Positions 51,305-61,518 of a stretch of DNA of 64,000 nt are shown here, one piece after another (position 1 is the stretch's first letter; each line of letters opens with the position of its first letter). This stretch comes from Clostridia bacterium. Lineage in GTDB: Bacteria; Bacillota; Clostridia; TANB77; CAG-508. Position numbers and translations under genes: made by a program. The notes below the pieces were generated by a model that worked only from the letters and a program-made list of their open reading frames with translations, was not told the DNA's origin and ran no database searches. The stretch spans positions 2,107 through 66,106 of the forward strand of contig JAZUKV010000034.1 of assembly GCA_045643465.1 (NCBI GenBank), read 5' to 3'.

Positions 51305-52210
51305 TTATTGTAGTTTAAACTTTTTTATAAGATTATCATTGTTTTGCCAATCTTCTTTAACTTTTACCCATACTTTCAAATTTATTTTCATGTCAAGCAT
51401 TTTTTCTAAATCCATTCTTGCATATGAAGCTATTCTTTTTAACATATTACCATCTTTCCCAATAATTATTCCTTTATGAGAATTTCTTAAACAATATATT
51501 GTAGCTTCAACATCATAAATTGGCTCTCCTGATTTTGTTTCTCGCTCTTTCATCTTTTCTGTTTCAACATATATTCCATGAGGAACTTCATCATCCAATA
51601 ATCTTAAAGCTTTTTCTCTGATTATTTCTTCAACTAATTGTCTTAATGTTTGATCTGTATATTCTTCTATATCATAATATGCAGGACCAACTTTTAAATG
51701 CTTACTAATTTCAGTTATAATTTCTTCTAGATTAATCTTCTTTTCGACTGAAACTGGAATAACTGCTTCAAAATTATACTCATTTTTATATAAATCTATT
51801 AATCTCGCAACTTCTTCTTTTTTAACAAGATCTATTTTATTAATTATTAATATTGTTTTCTTTTTTGATTCTTTTATTTTTTCTAATATTAATCTATCGC
51901 CTTTTCCAATATCCTTAGAAGTTGCTTCAATTACGAATAAAACTACATCTACATCTGAAACCACTCCAAAAGCTGTTTCAACCATTGTATTTCCTAATTT
52001 TGATTTTGGTTTATGAATACCTGGTGTATCTATAAAAATTATTTGCATATTCTCTCTATTCACAATTGCTTTAATTGCATTACGTGTTGTTTGAGGCTTA
52101 TTAGCTATCGCTGCTACTTTTTCTTCAACTAAGCTATTCATTATGCTAGATTTTCCTACGTTAGTTCTTCCCATCATTGATACAAATCCGGATTTAAATT
52201 CTTCGCTCAT
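51305..52210 (-). CDS. era: GTPase Era
   Basis: FKSGFV..GRTNVGKS, QTTR, DTPG, KH domain. Confidence 0.96.
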   Translation of the reverse strand: MSEEFKSGFVSMMGRTNVGKSSIMNSLVEEKVAAIANKPQTTRNAIKAIVNRENMQIIFIDTPGIHKPKSKLGNTMVETAFGVVSDVDVVLFVIEATSKDIGKGDRLILEKIKESKKKTILIINKIDLVKKEEVARLIDLYKNEYNFEAVIPVSVEKKINLEEIITEISKHLKVGPAYYDIEEYTDQTLRQLVEEIIREKALRLLDDEVPHGIYVETEKMKERETKSGEPIYDVEATIYCLRNSHKGIIIGKDGNMLKRIASYARMDLEKMLDMKINLKVWVKVKEDWQNNDNLIKKFKLQ

Positions 52211-52218
52211 ATGCTCCC

Positions 52219-52698
52219 CTATCTTGTAATCTTTAACTTTTCTAATATATTTTCTTCTTTTGCTCTCATAACACTTTTTTCTTCATCATTCATATGATCA
52301 TATCCCATCAAATGATAAAATCCATGAACAATCATATATGATAGCTCTCTTTCAAAACTATGCCCATATTCATCTGCTTGCTCTTTAACTCTATCTATAG
52401 AAACTATAATATCTCCAAGAACATCATGTACTATACTTTTTTTCTCATCTACCATTTTCTCAATTTCATTTTTTTCAAACATCGGAAAAGATAAAACATC
52501 AGTTTCTTTATCAATATCCCTATATTCTTTATTTATTTTTCTTATATATGATGGACAAGTTAATGTTACACTTACATATAGGTCAAGTTTGTCCAATTTT
52601 TCTTCTTTAAAACATTTTTGTAAAACTGTTTCAATTAATTTTTCATATTCAGGATTTTCTTCTGTGTCAATATAATTAATTTCAAGTATGTTATCCAT
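52219..52698 (-). CDS. ybeY: rRNA maturation RNase YbeY
   Basis: TDVLSFP, HGFYHLMGYDH. Confidence 0.96.
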   Translation of the reverse strand: MDNILEINYIDTEENPEYEKLIETVLQKCFKEEKLDKLDLYVSVTLTCPSYIRKINKEYRDIDKETDVLSFPMFEKNEIEKMVDEKKSIVHDVLGDIIVSIDRVKEQADEYGHSFERELSYMIVHGFYHLMGYDHMNDEEKSVMRAKEENILEKLKITR

Positions 52699-53947
52699 TA
52701 TTTTTTCTCACCCTTGCTTCTTCTCTTCTTCTTTTAACAAGAATTAAATCTTGTACATATATTCCATCATCTAATGTTGCACATTTATTTGGTAAATGTT
52801 TTAGTATACCAAATTCAACTAATTTTGATTTATACAATCTAATTATTTTGTCATATTTATTTTCATTTGATCTAACTTGCTCTAAATCATATTTTATAAA
52901 TAAAATTTCTTTTTCATTATTTTGCTCTTTTTTATCAGTTATTTTTTCTAGCTCTTCATACTTTTTCCAAAACTCTCTATATTCATTTCGCTCTTTTGCA
53001 TTATTCCAATATACTTTTGTTGATAAAACTCTTAAATTAAATTCATCTATTAATTTTAAAAGTAATTCATATGCTCTTTCTTTTTTCTTAACAATTCTAG
53101 TATCTACTACTAAGTTTCTAGCATCATTAAGTAACTTTGCATAACACTGTTCAGCAATTCCTAGAGGTAAACTATGTGTAAATAATCTTCTACTTAATCC
53201 TAATACAATCATATATTTTTCTATAACATCATTTTGGTCTAACTTTTTAGAATCTAATTTTTGATATGCTTCTAATTCATCTGCAATTTCTACATATACT
53301 TCTTTTGATGGATTTTTTTCGATTTTACTTGGTAATATTTTTTCAATATATTCATCAAGTATTGAAAAAATTTTATTATATACTTCATTTTTTTCAGAAT
53401 CAGTTAAATTCTCTGCTAATTTTACTGAATACTGTTTAATTATACTTTTATATATTGATTCCATTTTATCTAAATAGAATTCACTGAACTTTTTAATTAC
53501 TTTAGATTTACCAGAAATTTCAACCGCTTCATTATCAAGCTCTAATAGGAATTTTTGTTTTTTGTATTTATATTCATTGTAATCATTATCTTTTAAATGA
53601 ATTACATTATAATACTTTGATAATGCATTTTTTTCAAATTCTGATGCAGTATTGTTTTTTACTTTTTTATAAATAGATTCAATTATATTTTTATCAATTG
53701 CATCTAAGTATAAAGAATATGATTCTTCATATTTTTTTAAATACATACCCTTTTTATCATTATTTTTTTCATTTGATATGTAATTTTCATAATTCTTTAA
53801 AACATTATTTCTTTTTATTGAAATTAAAACACTATTTAAACCTACTTTTCCCGGTATTAATAATTTGTTTAACGTATTTGTAATTTTAGAGAAAAACGTT
53901 TTTTCAGTATCATAAATCTTAAGGCTTTTTTCTTCCATTATACTCAT
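52691..53947 (-). CDS. Hypothetical helical protein (418 aa)
   Basis: Long ORF tightly packed between yqfD and ybeY; no motif recognised. Confidence 0.75.
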   Translation of the reverse strand: MSIMEEKSLKIYDTEKTFFSKITNTLNKLLIPGKVGLNSVLISIKRNNVLKNYENYISNEKNNDKKGMYLKKYEESYSLYLDAIDKNIIESIYKKVKNNTASEFEKNALSKYYNVIHLKDNDYNEYKYKKQKFLLELDNEAVEISGKSKVIKKFSEFYLDKMESIYKSIIKQYSVKLAENLTDSEKNEVYNKIFSILDEYIEKILPSKIEKNPSKEVYVEIADELEAYQKLDSKKLDQNDVIEKYMIVLGLSRRLFTHSLPLGIAEQCYAKLLNDARNLVVDTRIVKKKERAYELLLKLIDEFNLRVLSTKVYWNNAKERNEYREFWKKYEELEKITDKKEQNNEKEILFIKYDLEQVRSNENKYDKIIRLYKSKLVEFGILKHLPNKCATLDDGIYVQDLILVKRRREEARVRKNNG

Positions 53948-53951
53948 CCTT

Positions 53952-55133
53952 TCATAATGTTAATTTTTCTTCTGTTCCAATATTTTCAAGTACTTCATAT
54001 ATCAATTCTACTTCTAAATATTCTTCACTTTCATTTGTATTTATATATTCATTAATAATATCTTTTCCATTTACCTTTTCATCTAATTTTTTTCTAGCTT
54101 CTTCTAATGCCTTATTTTTAATTTCTTCTTTATTGTATATTTTTTCTTCATTTTTAACTTCATAATTAGTGCTTTCTATTAAATTTATTGGTAAATAAAA
54201 ATTGGAAGATATTTTTAACTTTTTTTCCGTTCTTATTGTATCATAAATTTCAAATTTTGAAAGCTTTTTATAGAAATTTATTACAAAATTATTTATTCCT
54301 AATGAATATTTTTTTTCATTGTTTCCAGTTCGAGTTTCAACTGTTTGTTTATAATACATTTTTACATTTTCTTTATACCATACTTTTCCTGTAACTTCAC
54401 CTGTTGCATGAACATATCGTTTACCTGTATATTTTCCTTCTAAATATCCTGATATAAGAATACTTCCTTTTTTTACAATATCCCCTTCTTTTACTTGTAA
54501 AGTACCATTTTGAGAACTTGCTTTAACTATCATAGCGTCTTCTGTAGCTATAATATCACAATATTCATCCTTATTTATTATTTGAGGAGGACTATCCGAT
54601 TCTACTATTTCTATTTTTACATTTGTTCCTGAAATTTTTATCCCAACCCAAGAAATATCATTTCTTTTCATTCTTATACTTTCTACTATTTGCTTTGCAT
54701 CAATTTTCTTTTTTAACTTTCCTGTTTGTAAGCCATTCTCGTTTACTATTTGCATAATTTCTTGTTTGCTTATTTTTTCATTACCTATTATTTCAATATT
54801 CCATATGAATTTTGATAAAATTACTAACATAACTAACATACCTATTAATGCTATTGCAAATATTTTTCTTTTTTTGTATTTGTTTAATATAAATGGAATT
54901 CCTTTTTTTTGTTTTATCTTTATTTTACATTTGCTTTTTTTAGCAATTTTAGCTGTTTCTTTAAAGTCTCTAACTGGAACACTTACTTTTATTAAAGTTG
55001 TTTTTTCTCTTTTTAAATTTCCTAATTTTATGCCACTTTTTCTACATATATTTATAAACTTTTCGATATAAAATCCTTCTACAACTATATTTACATATCC
55101 AACTACAATATTTTGAATTCTTTGTAAATACAA
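53952..55133 (-). CDS. yqfD: Sporulation protein YqfD
   Basis: GYV...EKFIN, IWNIEI.GN, V..GD.V..G..LISG. Confidence 0.9.
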   Translation of the reverse strand: MYLQRIQNIVVGYVNIVVEGFYIEKFINICRKSGIKLGNLKREKTTLIKVSVPVRDFKETAKIAKKSKCKIKIKQKKGIPFILNKYKKRKIFAIALIGMLVMLVILSKFIWNIEIIGNEKISKQEIMQIVNENGLQTGKLKKKIDAKQIVESIRMKRNDISWVGIKISGTNVKIEIVESDSPPQIINKDEYCDIIATEDAMIVKASSQNGTLQVKEGDIVKKGSILISGYLEGKYTGKRYVHATGEVTGKVWYKENVKMYYKQTVETRTGNNEKKYSLGINNFVINFYKKLSKFEIYDTIRTEKKLKISSNFYLPINLIESTNYEVKNEEKIYNKEEIKNKALEEARKKLDEKVNGKDIINEYINTNESEEYLEVELIYEVLENIGTEEKLTL

Positions 55134-55142
55134 TTTTTCCTC

Positions 55143-55421
55143 CTATTCCTCAACTTTTTCAAAGTCAATGCTTTCAATTTGCCCTTCAATTACAATATCA
55201 TCACTAGTCATTTCTTCCATTTTTAACCCAAATCCATTTATATTTATAATTCCTATACTAGTACTAATTCTTATAAAAAAATCTTGATATTCTAATATAT
55301 TTTTATAATTTTCTATTAGTAATTTTGAAAAACCAGTATTTGTTAGTCTTGGAATTGTTGATGTTATTTCAACTGGTATTTCTAAAATTTTATTTAGCCT
55401 TGATAACTTATTTTTTCTCAT
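55143..55421 (-). CDS. yqfC: Sporulation protein YqfC/YabP family
   Basis: LEIP..P..T..G...IENYK.ILEY; precedes yqfD. Confidence 0.85.
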   Translation of the reverse strand: MRKNKLSRLNKILEIPVEITSTIPRLTNTGFSKLLIENYKNILEYQDFFIRISTSIGIININGFGLKMEEMTSDDIVIEGQIESIDFEKVEE

Positions 55422-55490
55422 ATAACCTCTTATAAATTTTTACTAAAAAAAGAGCTTCTTTTTTTAGTTTTCTAACGCTCTTTCTTATCA

Positions 55491-56318
55491 TTATTTTGTG
55501 AATTCATCTAAGCTCTTAAATTCATATCCATTATTTTTTATTTCTTTTATTACCGAATCTAAGATATTACAATTATCCTTTGAATTTGAATGTAATAAAA
55601 TTATTGCTCCATTATGTACATTTTCTAAAATTTTTGACTTTCCGTATTCTTCTCTCCCTTGTTTATTTTCATCCCAATCATCATATGCTAATGACCACAT
55701 AACTGTTTTATATCCTAATGAATTTGTATATGCTAATGTTCTTTCACTAAATTCACCTTTAGGTGGTCTTATATATTTCATTTCATAACCAAATTTTTCA
55801 TAAATTGCAGTGTGCAATTTCATTACATCTTCTTTTACTGTATCTAAGCTAACTTCTGGCATACATTTATGATTAACTGTATGATTTCCTACTATGTTCC
55901 CATTGTCTATCATTTTCTTAACTAAATCGCTTTGTGTATTTAAATAATGCCCTGTTATAAAAAAAGTTGCTGTAACATCGTTTTGTTTCAAAACTTCTAA
56001 AATCTTCTCTGTGTACCCTGCTTCATATCCAGCATCAAAAGTTAAATATACATATTTTTGCTCTGGGTTTCCCATACATAATCCATCATACTTTTGCATT
56101 AATTCTTTATTTACTTTTCCTAAATCTGGTTGTTGATGATTATCTTCTCTTTTTATTCCCCAACCAATTTTCTTATTACTTAAATTAGAAAAATTTTCTA
56201 CCGCTGTAGAGCTAGTTCTAATTGTATTAAAATTTCCATTTTCATATATACAAAATGTTAATGTCGCTATTATTGCTATTATTGACATTGAACTTATTAA
56301 TAAAGATTTTTTTTTCAT
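55491..56318 (-). CDS. pdaA: Delta-lactam-biosynthetic de-N-acetylase
   Basis: YLTFDAGYE, NHTVNH, RPPKG, WSLAY.DW, LLHS. Confidence 0.9.
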   Translation of the reverse strand: MKKKSLLISSMSIIAIIATLTFCIYENGNFNTIRTSSTAVENFSNLSNKKIGWGIKREDNHQQPDLGKVNKELMQKYDGLCMGNPEQKYVYLTFDAGYEAGYTEKILEVLKQNDVTATFFITGHYLNTQSDLVKKMIDNGNIVGNHTVNHKCMPEVSLDTVKEDVMKLHTAIYEKFGYEMKYIRPPKGEFSERTLAYTNSLGYKTVMWSLAYDDWDENKQGREEYGKSKILENVHNGAIILLHSNSKDNCNILDSVIKEIKNNGYEFKSLDEFTK

Positions 56319-56501
56319 ATTTCCCCCTTTAATTTTTATTTAATTTTATGAACAATATTTATATTTATTACTTTGATTTTTGAAAAAATATTTTTTAATA
56401 AACATTATATTTACAAATTAAAAATTTAAGTATATTATTGTCACAGGGGGAAATCTACTTTAATTAAATTACAAGTTATAATATTTAATTCGGAGGAAAA
56501 T

Positions 56502-57233
56502 ATGTTAAATTTTGTTATATGCGATGACAATGAAAACGCACTAAATAGATTCACTACAATGTTAGACCTTGTTTTTGTTAATAATGATTTAGATGGACAC
56601 ATTTCATTAGCCACCTCAGACGCTAATGAACTTTTTAATTTTATAAAAAGTACCAAACCTGATGTAGCAATACTTGATATTGATTTACGCTCTAATATCT
56701 CAGGACTTGATTTAGCTAATAAAATTCGTAAAATTAATAAAGATATTTATATTATATTTGCAACAGCACATCTAGAATATTTAATTTTAGCATACAAATG
56801 TAAAACCTTTGATTATTTACCCAAACCTATAACAATTGGTAATTTAGAATCAACTATTTTACGATTGTTTAACGATATTCAATCTAATACTGCAAATAAA
56901 TTTATTAAAATACACAATAAAAAAACTTTTATAAAATCAGATTCTATCTGTTTTATAGAAAAAGAAAATACGAAATTAGTTTTTAGATCTGCTGATACAG
57001 AATATACTACATATTCTACTTTTAAGGATTTAGAAAAAAATTTGCCTTCGAATTTTGTTAGATGCCATAAATCTTATATTGTAAATGTTAATAATATTAA
57101 AAGTATTGATAATGACTCAATAACATTTACTAATAATACTTCTTTAGTTTGCTATATTGGGAAATCTTACAAGAAAAAATTTTTGGAGGTATTAAATTAT
57201 GAACTTAACACAAATGATAATGACACAAAATGA
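56502..57233 (+). CDS. AgrA-like LytTR response regulator
   Basis: Receiver ICDD..LDID..KP; LytTR FVRCHKSYIVN. Confidence 0.92.
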   Translation: MLNFVICDDNENALNRFTTMLDLVFVNNDLDGHISLATSDANELFNFIKSTKPDVAILDIDLRSNISGLDLANKIRKINKDIYIIFATAHLEYLILAYKCKTFDYLPKPITIGNLESTILRLFNDIQSNTANKFIKIHNKKTFIKSDSICFIEKENTKLVFRSADTEYTTYSTFKDLEKNLPSNFVRCHKSYIVNVNNIKSIDNDSITFTNNTSLVCYIGKSYKKKFLEVLNYELNTNDNDTK

Positions 57234-58512
57234 AACTTTAATAACTATTTTAAATTGTATTTTCGCTTTTTTTGAAGCATTATACATCTTTCAATTTATG
57301 AAACAAATATTAGGAAAAAACTTGTCCAATATTAAAAAATGTTTGTATATATTGATAATAACTTTAACAAGTATTTTAACCAATATTTTAATTCCTAACT
57401 CTATTGGTGATATTGTTACACTATTTTGTTTAGTATTATGTACTATTGGTATATTTAAAGAAAACATAAAGACTACATTAAAAGGTATTATTTTCGTATA
57501 TATGAGTATATTTGTATCTGGATTTTTAATTCAATTATTAGCTAATATCTATATTCCTCAAAATTCGATACTAAGCATACCCTTATATAGAATTATATTT
57601 TGGATTCCTGTATATTCAATATTATGGATTATTTATATTATATATAGAAAACGATTAAATATATTTCAAAGCCTAAAAAAAATTTCTAAAACACTTTTGA
57701 CACTAAATTTGTTACTTGGAATATTTGCTATATTTTTACAAACATTTATTTTTTCATTTTATACAAATCTTTCATTACACATAAAACTGCTTATCTTTAT
57801 TCCTCTATTATTATATTTTATAATAAGCATATATAGTTTATTTAGAACACAAAAATTGGAGCAAACCACTATTGAACTAGAAAATGAAAAATCATACAAC
57901 AAAACCCTTATCTTATTGCATGATAATATTCGTGGCTTTAAGCATGATTTTAACAATATTGTTCAAGCACTTGGTGGATATATTTCATTAAATGATATGA
58001 ATGGTTTAAAAGAATATTACAAACATTTATTAGAAGACTGTAAACAAACAAATAATTTGAATATCTTAAATCCTGAAACAATAAATAATCCTTCAATTTA
58101 TAGTTTGTTAACTAATAAATATTATTTGGCTACAGAAAAAGGAATTAAAATGACTTTTAATATTTTTACAGATTTAAGTAAAATCAATTTCAATATTTAT
58201 GAATTTACTAGAATACTTGGAATTTTACTTGATAATGCTATTGAAGCCTCTCAAGAAACTGAAGAAAAAATAATTAATATAGAATTTAAATCTGATTCAA
58301 AAAAACAATTATTTATTATATCTAATAGTTGTAAAGATTCAAATATTTCTACAACTAAAATATTTGAAAAAGGTTATTCAACAAAAGAGCGAAATTCTGG
58401 TATCGGTTTATGGAAAGTTCATACTATTTTATCAAAAAATACAAATGCCGATTTATTTACTACAGTTAATAATAATATGTTCACACAACAATTAGAAGTT
58501 TTTTATGTATAA
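57199..58512 (+). CDS. AgrC-like GHKL sensor kinase
   Basis: Multi-TM N-terminus; RGFKHDFNN, LLDNAIEA, GYSTK..G.GL. Confidence 0.92.
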   Translation: MNLTQMIMTQNETLITILNCIFAFFEALYIFQFMKQILGKNLSNIKKCLYILIITLTSILTNILIPNSIGDIVTLFCLVLCTIGIFKENIKTTLKGIIFVYMSIFVSGFLIQLLANIYIPQNSILSIPLYRIIFWIPVYSILWIIYIIYRKRLNIFQSLKKISKTLLTLNLLLGIFAIFLQTFIFSFYTNLSLHIKLLIFIPLLLYFIISIYSLFRTQKLEQTTIELENEKSYNKTLILLHDNIRGFKHDFNNIVQALGGYISLNDMNGLKEYYKHLLEDCKQTNNLNILNPETINNPSIYSLLTNKYYLATEKGIKMTFNIFTDLSKINFNIYEFTRILGILLDNAIEASQETEEKIINIEFKSDSKKQLFIISNSCKDSNISTTKIFEKGYSTKERNSGIGLWKVHTILSKNTNADLFTTVNNNMFTQQLEVFYV

Positions 58513-58518
58513 AAATTT

Positions 58519-58546
58519 AAAAGATAGATTAAAAAATCTATCTTTT
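58519..58546. terminator. Bidirectional terminator between agrC and agrD
   Basis: aaaagatagatt-aaaa-aatctatctttt. Confidence 0.8.
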
Positions 58547-58553
58547 TTTTTAC

Positions 58554-58682
58554 TTATTTTTCATCTTTTTTTATTAAACATTTTGGCATTTTAGGTTGAT
58601 GTAATGTTACTAAAATTAAACTTCCACTATTTGCTGATCTCTTTGCACTATCTTCTGCAAGTTTTACTAATTTTTCTATCAT
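58554..58682 (-). CDS. agrD: AgrD-like cyclic autoinducer precursor, 42 aa (not in ORF track)
   Basis: RBS AAGGAGGTGA; MIEKLVKLAEDSAKRSANSGSLILVTLHQPKMPKCLIKKDEK; HQPxxP motif; directly after agrB. Confidence 0.88.
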   Translation of the reverse strand: MIEKLVKLAEDSAKRSANSGSLILVTLHQPKMPKCLIKKDEK

Positions 58683-58718
58683 AAGATCACCTCCTTATTA
58701 AATTTTTTATAAAAAATG

Positions 58719-59357
58719 CTATACCGCATTTTTATCTGTTTTTATATATTCTAAATATCCAAATTTTACATTAAACATTTTATACACCAATCTAGTAATT
58801 GTTATACTTTGGAATAAAACTCCTATAATGCATATGTTACTAATTATTCTATTTTTAATTATGATAGAGCCTAATAATGTCAATGTCACAATTATATATG
58901 AAGCTATTTTTTTAATTTTTCTATCTCTTTTTCTTAAAATTGGTACATAATCTGTATCAGCTGGTGCATATAACGTTATCATAGTTATTGAAAAAATATA
59001 AATTAAACATATAACAGCTATTTTGATATAAAAATTAGGGAAATATATTGCTTTACTTATTATTGCAGTTCCCATATACATAAAAGTTGTACCAATCATA
59101 CATCCTATATGACTTTTTAAATGAACTCCTCCTGATGTAAATCTATACGTAGATATAACTATAATAGAAATAATCGTATGCTCTAATAATCCACATATCC
59201 AAGCAATTGCTAACAATATGAAAAACTTTGGAACTTCACCTATAATAAGTTCAAATCCATATCTTATAACTTCTGCTCTTTGATCATCTACTTCTGGCAT
59301 TTTTAATTTCACCCTTTTCATAAGCTTATCGCAAATTTGCTCTACCATAAGTTCCAC
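58719..59357 (-). CDS. agrB: Accessory gene regulator B
   Basis: YGFE, R..SGGVH..S..GC, YAP. Confidence 0.92.
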   Translation of the reverse strand: MELMVEQICDKLMKRVKLKMPEVDDQRAEVIRYGFELIIGEVPKFFILLAIAWICGLLEHTIISIIVISTYRFTSGGVHLKSHIGCMIGTTFMYMGTAIISKAIYFPNFYIKIAVICLIYIFSITMITLYAPADTDYVPILRKRDRKIKKIASYIIVTLTLLGSIIIKNRIISNICIIGVLFQSITITRLVYKMFNVKFGYLEYIKTDKNAV

Positions 59358-59490
59358 CTTCTTTCTGAAACAATAATATAATTAAAAAATACCAAAAGAT
59401 TTTTATTGATATAAAAAGACAAAAAAAGAATATAAAAAATTCATTTTTTGAATTTCCTATATTCTTTTTGCATTTTCATATAATTAATTT

Positions 59491-60171
59491 TTATAAACAA
59501 TCTTCTAAAATTTTCCAAGAGCCTATTTTCTCTGGATATAATTCAAATGTAAGCTCTTCTTTTGTTACTGGATGCACAATTTTCAAACTATATGCCCATA
59601 AACAAATTTGTTTGCCATGGCCTCTACCACCATATTTTTGATCACCATATATGCTATGATCTCTGCTAGATAATTGCACTCTAATCTGATGATGTCTACC
59701 AGTATGTAAATTTATTTTTGCAACCGATAAATTTAAATCTGGGTCATATTTAATAATTTCATAATCTAATTTTGCAAGTTTAGAATTCTTTGTGCCTTCT
59801 TTTACAACTTTACTCATATTCTTAGATTCATTTTTTAATAAATAATCTTCCATAGTACCTATTGTACTTTCAAATTTTCCATTAGCTATAACAAGATATT
59901 TCTTTTCAAATTGTTTACATCTAACCTCTTCACTTAATCTTGATGCAGCCTTAGAAGTTTTAGCAAAAACCATAACTCCACCAACTGGTCGATCCAATCT
60001 ATGAACTAAACCTAAATAAACATTTCCAGGTTTATTATATTTTTCTTTTAAATAATCCTTAATAATTGTTAACATATCTAAATCTCCAGTTTTATCAGCT
60101 TGTGATGGTATATTAACAATTTTCTCTACAACTATAATATGATTATCCTCATATAAAACATTTAACTTCAT
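59491..60171 (-). CDS. RluA family pseudouridine synthase
   Basis: VHRLDRPVGG, TGRHHQIR. Confidence 0.93.
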   Translation of the reverse strand: MKLNVLYEDNHIIVVEKIVNIPSQADKTGDLDMLTIIKDYLKEKYNKPGNVYLGLVHRLDRPVGGVMVFAKTSKAASRLSEEVRCKQFEKKYLVIANGKFESTIGTMEDYLLKNESKNMSKVVKEGTKNSKLAKLDYEIIKYDPDLNLSVAKINLHTGRHHQIRVQLSSRDHSIYGDQKYGGRGHGKQICLWAYSLKIVHPVTKEELTFELYPEKIGSWKILEDCL

Positions 60172-60193
60172 ATCTATTGCTCCTTAATTTCTT

Positions 60194-60255
60194 GTGGAAA
60201 TGGGGACGGGTCTAAATTCCACAAAAGTGGAATTTAGAACCGTCCCCATTTCCAC
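60194..60255. repeat. REP-like element, two inverted copies (29-bp arms)
   Basis: gtggaaatggggacgggtctaaattccac-aaaa-gtggaatttagaaccgtccccatttccac, one mismatch. Confidence 0.85.
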
Positions 60256-61115
60256 TATTTTGATTCCCATCTTCCATATATTCCACATGGTAATACTAGG
60301 TCTGATTTTTGCATTGGTATTCCTATTTCACCATTTGAAAATTTACCTTCTTTTTTAATATTTAATTTTAATATATTTTCTAATACCATACTTGATATTC
60401 CTGTTGTGTATGAATTTATTAAAAAGAATAATGGATTGTCACTTAGCACTTTTGAACATAGCTCTACTAATCCATATATATTTTCTTCAAATTTCCATAC
60501 TTCCCCATTTGTTCCTCTTCCATAAGATGGTGGATCCATTATTATTGCATCATATTTATTACCTCTTCTTATTTCTCGATTTACAAATTTTACTACATCA
60601 TCAATTAAATATCTTACTGGCCTATCTTCCAACCCTGATGCTTGTACATTTTCTTTTGCCCAAGATACCATTCCTTTTGAACTATCAACATGCGCTACTG
60701 AAGCTCCTGCTGATAAACATGCTACAGTTGCACCTCCTGTATAAGCAAATAAATTTAATACTTTGATTTCTCTTCCAGATTTTTTTATTTTTTCAATCAT
60801 CCAATCCCAGTTAACTGCTTGCTCTGGAAATAATCCTGTATGCTTAAATCCCATTGGCTTTATATTGAATGTTAAATTTTTGTATTTTACTTGCCATGAC
60901 TCTGGAACTTTTTTATTATATTTCCATTGACCACCGCCAGTATTGCTTCTTAAATATTCAGCATTTGCATTTTTCCATAGCTCTGGATAAGATTTTTCCT
61001 TCCAAATTATTTGTGGATCTGGTCTAGCCAAAATTACATCTTTCCATTTTTCTAATTTTATTCCATCTGCCATATCTAATATTTGATAATCTTTCCAATC
61101 ATTAGCTAAATTCAT
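60255..61115 (-). CDS. Class I SAM-dependent methyltransferase (RlmI/K-like)
   Basis: HTGLFPEQ, LNLFAYTGG, MDPPSYG. Confidence 0.9.
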   Translation of the reverse strand: MNLANDWKDYQILDMADGIKLEKWKDVILARPDPQIIWKEKSYPELWKNANAEYLRSNTGGGQWKYNKKVPESWQVKYKNLTFNIKPMGFKHTGLFPEQAVNWDWMIEKIKKSGREIKVLNLFAYTGGATVACLSAGASVAHVDSSKGMVSWAKENVQASGLEDRPVRYLIDDVVKFVNREIRRGNKYDAIIMDPPSYGRGTNGEVWKFEENIYGLVELCSKVLSDNPLFFLINSYTTGISSMVLENILKLNIKKEGKFSNGEIGIPMQKSDLVLPCGIYGRWESK

Positions 61116-61139
61116 ATTACATCTCCTAATTCATTAATT

Positions 61140-61325
61140 TTATATATACAATGTTTTTATAATATCAATAAATTTTATTATTAAAATGTAATCAATGAAA
61201 AACACAATAGTTGATATAATTACAATAATAATAAAAATTTTATTACTTTTTTCTTTTATTGTTAATTCATTTCCTGAACTTTTTCTTATTTTTAATCTTG
61301 TTAGTGCTTTTAATATATAAGTCAT
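61140..61325 (-). CDS. Small membrane protein
   Basis: RBS GGGAGG, one TM helix. Confidence 0.65.
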   Translation of the reverse strand: MTYILKALTRLKIRKSSGNELTIKEKSNKIFIIIVIISTIVFFIDYILIIKFIDIIKTLYI

Positions 61326-61518
61326 TTTTATTCCTCCCGACTTATACTATTATATTCAGGCTTGTCCTATTTAGAACACTTTTTTATTATAACATTTTTT
61401 GAAATTTTTTCAAGCATTATTTGTATTATGTAGATTTGCAATTTGTTATTCTGCTAGTACAAAAACAAAAATTTCCCGACTTAGTATCAATCTAAATCGG
61501 GATTTTCATTTTATTTAA

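Noticed and set aside
59358-59490. LytTR direct-repeat binding site upstream of agrB
   Set aside because: Only a weak aaaagat/aaaagac pair in A-rich sequence, not distinguishable from chance.
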